NCBI GenBank assembly: GCA_043228905.1
Contig: JBHGNT010000003.1
Span: forward strand, 7,564,001-7,628,000
From: Azolla caroliniana
Lineage: Eukaryota > Plantae > Polypodiophyta
DNA length: 64,000 nucleotides
Direction of reading: 5' to 3'
The position numbers and the translations under genes were made by a program. This document shows, piece by piece, positions 52,331 through 64,000 of this stretch. How positions within the stretch are numbered: position 1 is the stretch's first letter; each line of letters starts with the position of its first letter. The notes beneath the pieces were generated by a model, which ran no database searches, had not been told where the DNA came from, and worked only from the letters and a program-made list of their open reading frames with translations.

Positions 52331-52865
52331 CCTTTGCACTATCAATCTTTATGAAGTAGTGACGATAGCAAGGGTTGTATTATTATTTTGTTTTCATAAC
52401 AAACATCAATTTACAAGAAAAAAAACCCCTGTAAGTAATGCAATAGAAATGAATATGGATACCATTTCAAGCAACCATTTGAAACCTTGATATATTCGAT
52501 TTAATCTTCAATAGCAAATCCCAGAGTTATAATGTAGAATTTGTTTTATTCATTGACCAAAACAAAATTTATTGGTATGTTGCAATCTTTTACTCCGTGT
52601 TTGGAAATTATTCTTGAATGCATACACTATTTCCTTTGGGATGGCATCCGGGGTATATTCTTTTCTCTCTTGGACATTTTCCTCCACCATCACATCTTAA
52701 TTTTTCTCTTCTTCTTTAGGAGCTGAATAAATGAAGACATATTTTTCCTGAGACTACGTCAAAACCTGTACAAGCCCTAGGAAAAACATGTCCGAAAAGT
52801 ATATGAAACAAATGATCGACATCTTGTCTGGTGGCCAAATTTAAAGCAACAGTATAGCTTAATCA

Positions 52866-55800
52866 TCACGCCCATATAGCCAATGCCGACATGGATGCCG
52901 CCCCAAGAAAAAGGGACATGTAGGAAAGAATTTGTAAAGCGCGAGTGCAACTTAAGCGTTTGTTCAAAAAATCGGCAGCGATGAGATCTACCAAGGCCAT
53001 GTAGATAAGAATTCCAGCTGATACGGAATCGAATACTCCTTCAACAATAAGGGCCCCGGGACTGCTTGCATTAAATCTTGATGCGATACAAGCCCCGACA
53101 GCAATACCGAAAGGTGTGGTTAATGTAAAAAAAACAGTCATCACCATTGTTGATAATGACTTAAACCCAGCCTACACAAAGGAATACAAGCACACATATG
53201 CACAAGGAATTAGACATAATCGAAAGAAATATCAGTGTTCAATCGAATCATTGATGCTAACAACCATTAAAAATGTGGCCTATATTATTATATATTAAAT
53301 GGTTCGTGCAGTTCAAGAAGTAGGCAGAATGTAAGTACTCACGTACCTTAGAGAGGCAACCTCCAAGAGCAAAGCCCTCGAAAAATTGATGAAATGAGAG
53401 GGCTGCAAGAAGCGGCCTTATTGTACATGGGCTTTCTGACACCCCCAAGGACATGCCTATGATGATAGAATGTGTCACAATTCCAAGCTCCAATACCTAC
53501 AACCCGAAATGCGTCGACAATTAAAAGATAAACAAAGAAGACCAGGAGGTAAGAGAGAAATCATTTAAATACTTACGATCTCTCTTTCTCACATATGAAT
53601 AGCTCAAATTTGAACTAATTACCATTCTTTAATCACTAACAAGCAACACTAACTGGTTTTTGAAGGGCAACATAGCACTAATATTTTGGGTTTGTATCAG
53701 GATAGTGTACAAAAATATTTTTAGTACCAGAACATCCTTACATTGTATTGATTTAGTACTTCAGAGGGGCATCAAGGTGATTTTCAGGAGCTCAGGGATA
53801 TATCCGCTAGATATCCAATAACATAGGTGTGTATTGGATTGTGTAAGACATCTAACACATAGTCACATTTTGGGACAGGGATCAGGACAAAAATGGCAAG
53901 GATCCATTGAGACTACATCTAAAACAAGCAAGTGGAAACACATGCTAAGAGAAAAAATATACAGTAACTGCTTAAAAAGAGAGATTCACCTGGGAAACCA
54001 CAACATGTCTACTATGAGCGGCTATATCTTCAGATGACGCAGATTCTTGAATTACCAGCTTATGTTGATGTTCCAAAGTCTCACCATCTATATCCAAGAA
54101 ATGATGAAACACGAGGAGATGGCCATGAATACTATGTGATGCAGCATGTGTAAACCAGAGGACTTGCTACTTTTCAAGGATTTGGGGAAATGTTCGGCTA
54201 ATTTTTATGACCATGGTTTCCAGAATGAAATTTTGACAATAAAGAAGCAATAAAAAGTAATATTTGCTCAACCATATTATTGCCCAACTTCATATACTTT
54301 TGTGGGTGTTTTCATGACCTATAGATTCATTCAAACCATTTATGTTTAGTAAATCCATTATGTTCCTCATTTTCCCCTCCTGAAATCAATACATCCCAAC
54401 ATTCATGTGAATACACAGTAAATACATCTATGAATGTAGCCCAACTGAGTTGTCATACATACCAGAAGGAAGGATATGAGAATGGGAGGCAGCATGCGCG
54501 TGAATGCCCACTACATGCATGTTCTTAGTATCCTTGTCATTGACAACAGCATCACTAGGAGTTGTTCCAATGTCTTGCTTTGTTTCTTCCCGTTCTTTTG
54601 CGTGCTTCTTTTCATAATACTCTGTACCTAACACATCCACCATAAGGGTGCCCAGAGCAGCCAACATGGCGATACAACCCGAGAAAGGGAAATCTTGCCA
54701 TGGGAAGTCAGGTAAACAACTATCGGTTAATGCAGCCGTAGCATTGGGAAGTATGTGGACGAACCCGGTGGCTAAAATTACACCTGCGGCAAATGCCTTT
54801 ACTATTGTAAAGAATGGTCCATCGGTCTTCAAAACCATTAGTTTTTTCCCCAGTAGTGGTAATGCTATCCCTAATGCACCCGCGAATAGAATACTTAAAA
54901 TAGCGATCAACTTTAAGTGTAGTGCTGTGGTCTCATCTCGGCAGTCGGAATCGCTGTCAGTAGTACAGCTTGCTTGAAGCGCCATTGCCTTTGATTTCCA
55001 AGCTGTAAGAAACCACAATCAATCATCGATTCTCTCCCTCTTTTCTTTATATTTAGATTTTTTATTGCAATGGGCTTACCCTAATGGAAACTATTAGGTT
55101 ACCAACACAAGTCTATGGATTAAGGTTACTCTACTCCATCATGTTTGCAACATTTCCCATGCCCACAATTGTCTTGCATCTTGACCTAGGCCCTACATAG
55201 CCCACAGTGAATTCACTAATAAAATCCATCATGTATTAACAAAGTCTTATGTATTAAGATTATGCCATCATGTGTTATCAAAGTCTATGTATGTAATGGA
55301 GGTTAGAGCATCATATGTTTATCAAAAGTCTAATGCATTAAAATTAGACTGTGAAGTCACAGTTTGTGATATATTGATCTTCATATCATTGTCTTTAGAC
55401 TACATCGATTTCCTAATTACTAAGCTGGATAATATCAAAACATATGCTGAGTGTGTAAAGACAGCATTTTATCAAGGTCACTACGACATATCCTGATCAA
55501 ACCAAATTGTAGAAGAAATTGAGCACAACGAGATGTACGCTAGGCTCATTGAGCAAAGCATCATCATGATCTATCACATGTAAAGAATAATTTGGGAACT
55601 TTCATCGGAGAATGCCTTCCTATTTTCATAATATGTTGACATATAAGATGTTCAAATAATTTATCATTTGCTGGCATACATATATGGCCACTTTTATTTG
55701 AATTTTCCATTTGTGAAAATCACTCTCTATATACAATGCCACTCGAGTGGCAATGCACCAACAACGTTATCATCATCATTTCTCACATGATTCATAATTA

Positions 55801-56387
55801 TATATCATTCATCACAACTGACTTCACCATTTACCACGTCTGAATTCATCATTCATCATGTCTCACATGTACTATTTTCATCAAGCCTGTAATGTTTTTG
55901 GCCCTTTGAACAAAAGGATATGACAAATGAAAGATTTGAATCTTTGAATTTACACGGGAATAAAATGACAATGATAAGAATTAATGAATTGAGCTATATA
56001 ATTATACATATATGAAACCATGGAATTTGATTTTGTTTTTCATAGTAATTCATAATATATATCATACATCACTACTGAATTCATTATTCATCATGTCTCA
56101 CATGTAACATTTTCATCAAGCCTGTACTATTTTTGGGCCTTTGAAGAAAAGAATATGACAAACGAAAGAATTTGAAACTTTGATTTGAAATGGGAAAAAA
56201 AGGACACTGACAATGATGATTAATGAAATGAGCTATATATTATTACATATAGATGAAACCATGGAATAATGATTTTAGTTTCTCACAGTAGACAAGAGAA
56301 GCTCTTACATGCTATGAAGATTTGAGTTTCCTCTCTGATGAGAAGAGGAAAACAAGAGAAAATCCCTGTTGCACACCGGTCCAGCAT
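52866..56387 (-). CDS. ZIP family Zn/Fe transporter, ZIP4/IRT3-like (5 coding exons)
   Basis: Exons 56387-56309, 55002-54463, 54087-53990, 53496-53347, 53171-52866, in frame. Motifs [91 protein letters not shown]. Confidence 0.92.
55841..56290. repeat. About 236-bp direct duplication in the intron between ZIP coding exons 1 and 2
   Basis: tgaattcat.attcatcatgtctcacatgta...gaaaccatggaat occurs at 55841 and 56077. Confidence 0.85.
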
Positions 56388-56913
56388 CCTTTAATTCTCT
56401 GGCATAGTACAGATAAACATAAACCAAATAAACAACGGAAAAGGTTCCATATATAGGATTGGAAAAAGAAAAGAAAAAGAGAGACTCCAGAATTGTTTGC
56501 AAAGGAAACAATAATGCAGGAAGTCAGAAATGGGTATTGAATTGCTCAGAAGGGGGAAACCAGAGATTGGTGTATATATACATATATGCACATACAAATA
56601 TTGATTACCTATAAGAAGAAACAATGGATTGGCATTAAGGAAGCTGGGGCATTCAATGAATTGAAGCGGTGTGCTTATTATTAAGCTGTAAAATGAAAAC
56701 AAACGGAGTAGCGATGGTGAAAGTTGCAGAGAACAGAGGATCGTTTATATAGGCTCTCTTTTTTTTCCCACAGGAAAGAAACAAACAGACTGAGACAGAC
56801 AGAGAAAGAGAAACAGACAGACAAGAGAAGAGAGAGAGAGAGAGAACAGAGCATTGGTCGTATCTGGACCGTCCGATCCTTTCTTTGATCCAACGGCTCA
56901 GATCCCGTCAAAC

Positions 56914-56923
56914 ATGTCGACAT
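56914..56923. promoter_or_regulatory. Zinc Deficiency Response Element (ZDRE)
   Basis: ATGTCGACAT matches RTGTCGACAY exactly, about 165 bp upstream of the minus-strand TATATAAA (about 56744-56751) of the ZIP gene. Confidence 0.88.
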
Positions 56924-59900
56924 ATTACAAATTTCCTCTCTCTTTTTTATTTTTATTTTTCGTTTATTATCCAAATTGTTTTCTAAAACACAAAATGCAG
57001 AAAGATACATCTAAATTTTCCCCCGCAAAAACTCCTCCACCGTCGGATTATCCCTCAATTTGCAGCGATCGAATCGGACGGTTTATATTACTTCTCATTC
57101 CTACCCATTCAATTTCCTAAGGTTCTCTCAATTTCCTAATGTTCTCTCCCTCTTCACACACACACACACACACACACACAAAAGAAACCACTTTTACATG
57201 GGCCAACACTTATATCTCCTTCCTTCCTTCTTTTTGTCCATGGGGGGGGGGGGGGGGGCATCTTTTGTATTGTATTTTCCGTATCCGTCTCTCTCTTTCG
57301 CCACAACCGTTCCCGCTAGATTGTTCCCCTCTGCGTTTCGTGCCTTAAAGAAAGAGAACATCGGTTGCTTCTGCATCAAAACGATTTATAACACAATAAC
57401 GCGCTCGCATCTTACCTTTGGTTCTCTTTTCCGTTCCAGTAATAATGAGTAAAGACTTTTGCATCTTCCCTGTGCTCCAACCATAATTCGCAAACTCTCA
57501 TTATATATAATACCAACCGAAAGAAAAATGGAGCATGCAAGTTGTGCGCAAAGGCCAAGTATTTTTACTACTGTTGATCAGGGACGTGGAGGAAGGGAGG
57601 GGTTGAGAGAAAAATGATGGTGGAACATTGCATTTTTGGGAGGTTGAAAAAGAATGTAATGAGTGGAATGAAGAAATAAGAGAAAGAAAACAATCTACGC
57701 AATTGATGGCCAACACATCCTAAATTGAAGAGATGCGATCATTTTGTCTCACAAGATCTTCCATGGCATCGCCTCACCAAGAGAGGTGGCAAACGGCTTT
57801 GAGAGGCCTAGCTTGAACAAATATTTGTTAAAACTCTAGATTTAAGGAGTAACGAAATAAGAATAGCGAGTTCTAGGAAAAATAAAATTGAAATGCATGT
57901 TGATCTCTTTGGTCTTTGTGAACATATATGTTGAATTTCCAAACTGATTAAAAGATACATGTACCATGTTGTTATATGTGCACATTCGTGGTTTTTCTTC
58001 ATGTGGTCGTTATTTTTTGTGAGATGCTCTAAGAATAGGAGGACAATTATATCACATTGTGCCTCGCACGTAACATGTTGTTCTTTCTATGAAGAAATTT
58101 CAAATCGCCAAAGTTGAGCAAATAATGGATCCTTATCAACACAAGTGATTATCTACAATAACATACTTATAAACTTTAAATAATATTGTTTGCATAAATT
58201 ATCCTACTTTTAAGTGTATCTTCAAGTCCTATATTCCATGGGCACCTCCTAATTTGGAATATCTATGTATTTGAATTTTGTAAATACAATGCTAAGACAA
58301 GCTTGAATAGACACTAATTGTTTGTATACTCTCTTCCATGTGCATGGATGTTATCGTTTTGCTATTTCTTTGCGATGTAAAAGGTACTGGACCTACCCAA
58401 CACAAAGTCATCACTCATGCTATGATGTTCTTTCAGGATTACCTTTAAACTTTGAAGGTGGATATTACAGTATCTATACCCTATAAATAATGGGAGATTT
58501 TGTAAGTGTTTTTGGAAGGCAAAGTTTATCATTGTGATTCTAATAGAAGGAACTGCATTCTTTCAAAAGCTTTAAATTGCCTCGTATTCTAGAATAATTG
58601 TAAGCATATGCGGAAAATTGTTGATAAAGGGATGGCTCCTATGTTGCTACGCTAAGCTCTCAAAATTGATCATCGAAGTTGAAAGAACATCTATTGCATA
58701 TTTCTTTGAGAGTACATCGGTTAGTAGATATTTTGTTGATATTGTATCTCGATTCACATTAACTTGACCCAATATTCATTTTCATTGCATGTATAATTTT
58801 CAAACCATTAAGTTCTTTTGAGTATACTCTAGCACCTAAAATTTCTAAGAACCACTTATAGTCTTTACCATCATTCCAAGAAAGAACAAATCTTACACTT
58901 CACTTGCAACCAAATGATTGAAATGAATTGTGCCGTATAATGTAAATCTAAAACAATCTACATTTAGCTGCATTTTTTGTTGCTTTTTCAAGTTATTGGC
59001 TTACACAAAGGGAAGATGTTGAAAGTTTTCTTTGTAGAATATGTACCAAGCCTTTGATATTTGTTTTTCCCCTTCTATAATGTAAAGTGTGATTCATCAA
59101 AATAAACATTCTATCTTTCATTTTGCATACACCCGTGCATTTCATTTGCTTATGCATGTGTACACAAAAGGGGTGCCAACAAGAATTGTAGCATAAATTG
59201 TGAAGAACTACGTAGTACCCCCAAACCATCGATGTGTGACGGTTGCTTTCACATTCTGTTCAGAAAACAGTTTTCGCTTTTTATGCTACCATAACACATC
59301 GACAAGAAATGACAAGACATAGATTGATCTTGTCTTTTTGTGCTATCTCTCATGTCTATGCAAACAATCAATTAAAACAAGAGGTGATGTTTCTTTGCCT
59401 TCGATTTGTCTCCTTTGAGAATGCATGTCGACCAATAAAATGTGCACATGAGGGAGAGCATGACCCTAAATATTGCTTCGTCTTCTTCCAAATGTGAAAT
59501 GATGAATGACAAATATTCCAATGAATTTGGCTCTATCTTTCCACAATAACTAAAACATGTGCACATGAAGCAGTTTTGATATCTAAGAAATATAAAAGTT
59601 TGACTTTGTTCTTATGTCAATTATTGTTTACTACTTTTCCTCTCTTTTACGAGGATGTCGATTAGGTCAAAACTTTCTTGACGCCATACAAATTATTATG
59701 ATTATATGAAGTGCACCACCAATAAGTGCTATTTGATTTTTTAAAGTCTAAGAAAACAACCCATCTTGTTTTTTGTAATGTGAAAAGATTTACTAAAATG
59801 CACAAAGACATGCTTTATCGCCTTTCTACTAAGTCATTTTAGATTGGATGACAATTATTTTTCGAATTACTGCTATCCTTTGACGAAGTAGCCAATCTTC

Positions 59901-62215
59901 ATATCCGTAAACCTTTATTGGTACATTAGGAGTGCCTCTCTTTGTAGTGACAAATCATAGACCTCAATGGAACTATCAACTTCCATGGACCCTTTCTTGA
60001 TATAAAAACAACATGTTAATGTACCTTATTAAGGTTCAACATCCATGTATAAGTTGTTTTTGTATGTACAGGTTTAGGTGTACATACATTGTCTTTTATT
60101 CTACGTTGTAAGCCTACGGGCAGATAACTTTTACTTGTACTTTTTCGATGTTTTTAATACTATTGAAGGAAATCTTTCAAGGAAAAAAAAAATTGTAAGT
60201 CGATATTTTTGAGTAAATTAATATTTTTTTCATTAACCATTTATCATAATGTAGAGATATTATCTCTTACATTATAGCTCTGTATTGCTAGATGATGTGC
60301 AAAAGCATGAGGATTTGTGTGGGTTGGTGGAACCATTGGGGTTTTGGACGGGGAGATATTATCTCTTACATTATAGCTCTCTATTGCTAGAGAATAGGTA
60401 CATGATCTAAGATGTCTCATAGAAGGGGAAAGAGGTGTTAGGAAAGAGAATATGTAGGTCAAGATCTTGGCTTATGAAGTTTCAAAACCTCTAGTGTTAT
60501 ACATACTAGAAACTAGATGCTTAACCCAATCGAGAAAGGAAGGATATAAAGTAGACATAGTTAGTGGTTGTAGTCTAGATAGAATTTTTTGTTAGATTTT
60601 TCTTTAGTATACTTGGGTCCCTTACCTCAATTAATGAGTTGCTCTTATATAGGCAATAATGGCTAAACACATATCACCACTTGGCACACATGACTTAACC
60701 TTTTTTCAAGTACTTATAATGCATTTCATGCTTATGTTACAAGGTTTGAGTCTTATTCTCTCAATAAGGTTACACTACATTACACACACACACACACACA
60801 CACACACAACCTGCTTGACAATCGCTACATGTGTGAAAACCAATTACTACACCAATTGTGTGGAGGCAAAGGCAACACAACATCCTTAGTGGTATGATTC
60901 CTCTTTGAACAAATATGGTATTGATCCAGATGTTTGATCGAAGCTATTGATCAATCATGCCATTAAGGACCTCGCCGACTGTTATGGCATGCTGCAAAAG
61001 TGCAATACTACGCAAACAAATAGACTAGCCAAGTTGACACACAAGAAATTTCACAAAACATCCCAAACAAGATCGTCAACAAAGGTCATCAATTGGGATC
61101 AAAAGATTCAATCCACATTCTAGGGATTGTGGAAAAATTATAAGGTGATTGATCATTTAGGCCATTTCGTGCAAATGTTCAATTGTGAATCTTTTCAAAT
61201 CCAAGGGAAGGAACGAGTCAATAAAGACATATCCCAACACAAACACAAACTTTAGATGCTCCACCTTGCCAAAGATTGACTCAACAACATGTTGCACTTG
61301 GTTATCTTATAATAGAAATGCAAGGCTTATGCCAATTGTTGTCACTATCATTGTGAATTTCTCTTCAGAAAAACAAACCGGTTCACATATTTTAGATCCA
61401 AAATCCTCTCATTCTTAGAAATCTCTTAATATGGTGTATAAGCTTATGTTGGATTGTGGTTGTTATGATTAGAGCAACTAATGATATTATTGAAAATAAA
61501 GAAATAAATAATTGAGGATGTTGTTCCTCCTATTCATCCTCGAGCAAAGGATTTGGGATGATCCATCCTAAACCCCAATGGCATCCCATACCACCATCTA
61601 TGGAGATGCATCTTGACTTAGAGTAGATGTAGATGATAGGTGCCTTGAAACAAGTGATCTGCCAAACTGCCAAAGTCTCATATTCTCATCAAGGAGATAA
61701 TAAAATGAGATAGCTAGTACCATATTTATGTCTTAAGGTGAACACCCCTTGACTGCCACATAGGTTTCTATGTGTTTCAGACCATGCTAGGTTGCCTCAA
61801 ATCCTAGGATAATTATCCCTCCTCATTTATGATAAACTATCCTTCCCATTTAGATCTAAAGTTATGTCCATAACATAATCTCCCTCTTCAACTCTTGCAA
61901 TGAGATTTGAGAAAAAATTGTTCTGAGAATTTCATCTCTCTCCCAAGTGGTGTCATCTAAAATTTTATCCATCCATTTAATTTTGAATTCTCTATATTGT
62001 TTGGAACATAAATTTTTAGTTTTTATAACAAGAATCTATCTAGTTCATGAGGCTTATAAGGTAAATCCTCAAGAATCACAAATTCTTCAATGTTAACCGT
62101 GTTATCGTGAGAACCCAAGACTTCTTTTAAACAACTTACATGAAACATGGGGTGAACTTTGACACCTTGTGGAAGAGCAAGCTTAGGGGAAGATGAACCT
62201 ATGCGTCTAAGAATA

Positions 62216-62599
62216 TGTCACAAACAAGTAGAATAGAGCAGAACCGAGATGAGACCAAATACTAAGAGAGAGATGAGACAAGAGAAAGAGAACAAGAACT
62301 CAACTAATGCTTCAATAATTGGTGTTATTCACCTTGATTGGAATCAAGGTGCACCCAAGTATTTATACAAGAAGGTGCAGGTATGCACACAAGCTAAGAA
62401 TATTCTAGAGAATGCATGAGAATGCATACAAATAAGGGAACTTCTAGTGTTCAATATACAATGCATCAAGTTGAATTTTATAAAAGGATGCCCCGATTGA
62501 TGTAGCTCAGTTGGTAAGGTTGCCCAATGGAGACAAGTAGTTTATGGGTTCAACCCCTACATTCTACAATGGCATATACATGTCACAGACGCTTTGACA
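62216..62599 (-). mobile_element. Solo LTR (384 bp) inserted into the older integrase
   Basis: TGTCACAAAC...GCTTTGACA ends with an exact TSD GAATA (62211-62215, 62600-62604). Removing it restores GPFTILRRIGS. Minus-strand TATAAAT at about 62361-62367. Confidence 0.92.
62492..62573 (+). ncRNA. tRNA-like Pol III cassette inside the solo LTR U3
   Basis: A-box TAGCTCAGTTGG at 62503 and B-box GGTTCAACCCC with T54 at 62549 (spacing 46). Partial acceptor-stem pairing GATG/CATT. Confidence 0.72.
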
Positions 62600-64000
62600 G
62601 AATAGTAAAAGGTCCATAGTAACGAGGACATAATTTAGTACACTTGCCCATAGATAAAGTTGTTGAATTACAAGGCACATGTAAAGGTCCATAGTAATGA
62701 GGAGATCATTTAGTACACTTGCCCATAGATAAAGTTGTTGAATTACAAGGCACATGTAAAAATACCTTCTACCTAGAGAGGGCCAAACATTTGAAGTTGC
62801 CTATTGTGATTGTAAAAAAGAACATGCTCTATCTCTAGTTATTTCAATATTTTCTCATACAAAACATATCTTGCATATCCCTTAGGAAGTTTTGTGTACT
62901 CTGTAACTCAAAAAGACTATATCTAGTCGACACATGTTTCTAACAACTACTATAAGAAAGTTCAAGCATAGAAAGATGTTTGCTTTTACCTAGCTTTTTG
63001 GCTACATAAGCTCGAAGTATATCCTCCATTATTTTGTTAACTCGTTCGGTTCGTCCATTTGTTTGAGGATGATTAGATGAACGCATGCTCAAAGCAGTTT
63101 CTAGGTTTTTAAAAACCCGAGCCAAACTTTGGTAGTAAACTTAGAATCTTTCTCACTTATTATATCCATCAGTAACCCATAAAACGTAGTAGTTCATCAA
63201 CGGATCAATAAGCCATTTTCGTAGGAATAAACATGGTTTCAAGTTGTTACCTTGGTTTTGGTAGGAATAAACTTGGCCATTCTTGTTCGTTGATCAACAA
63301 GCCCCAAAAATGGCATCATTGCCTCTTTGAGTCTAGGGTAAACTAACGTTAAAATCCATAGATATACTTTTCCATTTGTTATTGCGAAAGCCCAATGGAT
63401 GTAGAAGGCTTGCAACTTTGTGTTCGTTAGGCCTTATTCACTTGATATTGCAAGCATTTTGTTACATGTTCTTGAATGTCATGACATATGTTTGGCCATT
63501 AAAAATGAGTAGAGACAAGAATGAGTTGGTCATGTTGATGTGGGTAATAATTGATTGTGTGTGTTTTTTTGCTTGTATTTTCTAATCCTTCAAAAATTAA
63601 AATTTGATTAAGTGATTTATCCAAGGTTAATTCAACTTTATTATTAATGAGTGTAAGAGCGTTGAGGTGAAGCTCAATTATATTAATAGCACTAGCATTG
63701 ACGAGCTTCGGGATTAGTTTGACACCCATACTTAACCATGTTACCAACATTAGGGTAAACATTGATTCACCCTACCTAACAATCTCGATGTGGAGAGAGG
63801 ACTCCTTTGATGAAGAAATGTGTTTGGGAAGAAGGCCTAATGCAATATTTCTCTCTTTAAAAAGTGTAAATTTAAGTTGACAATAATTTTGAAGAATTTA
63901 CAAAATAAAGAAAATAAAACATACTTCTTAGTCTAGATCTGAGAGCGTTGCATTTCAACATCTCAAAAACACAAGCTTGAACAATTAGTGATTATAGATT

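Larger units (their letters stand above)
60250..64000 (-). mobile_element. Older degenerate chromovirus: integrase and chromodomain (about 61890-64000), PPT and 3' LTR (61875 down to about 60250)
   Basis: WKSISMDF (about 63370), SSNHPQTNGRTERVN (62940-63125), KLCPRYYGPFTIL, VHPMFHVS, FKIKW...TTWE. PPT TTGAAGAGGGAGA is followed by TGTTATGG at 61875. The LTR left end is uncertain. Confidence 0.8.

Noticed and set aside
54428-54430. Apparent premature stop making the ZIP gene a pseudogene
   Set aside because: The stop is intronic. The donor at 54462 and exon 54087-53990 restore the frame.
55737-55752. Perfect 16-bp palindrome TGCCACTCGAGTGGCA in a ZIP intron
   Set aside because: Single occurrence with no known motif or supporting context.
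17201-56387. Metal-homeostasis gene cluster (CNNM plus ZIP)
   Set aside because: The genes are about 29 kb apart with unrelated genes between them, and no ZDRE was seen at CNNM.
62492-62573. Functional tRNA genes at the four cassettes
   Set aside because: D, anticodon and acceptor stems are incomplete and no anticodon can be assigned, so they are treated as tRNA-derived.

Overview
Eukaryotic land-plant nuclear DNA. It is most consistent with a non-seed vascular plant such as a fern (inference from the Tcn1-like chromovirus, RTE-X/L2-like LINE and abundant (AG)n microsatellites). Six protein genes were reconstructed by hand: a NAIP/At4g15545-like coiled-coil gene (+), a SAM-like/PRXL2A (AhpC-TSA_2) redox fusion gene (-), a CNNM DUF21-CBS gene (+), VPS37 (+), a single-exon EXORDIUM/Phi-1-like gene (+) and a ZIP4/IRT3-type zinc transporter (-) with a perfect ZDRE upstream. 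The rest is nested LTR retrotransposons, solo LTRs, LINE remnants and tandem duplications. The main observation is that three sequence-distinct LTRs (1139-1620, 15451-16209, 62216-62599) each carry a tRNA-like A-box/B-box cassette with tRNA-gene spacing, near the U3 end and antisense to the LTR promoter. A close copy of one cassette also lies outside any LTR (14046-14131). The chromovirus LTR at 1139-1620 also has a long in-register heat-shock-element array before its TATA box. All family assignments come from recognised motifs, not database searches.
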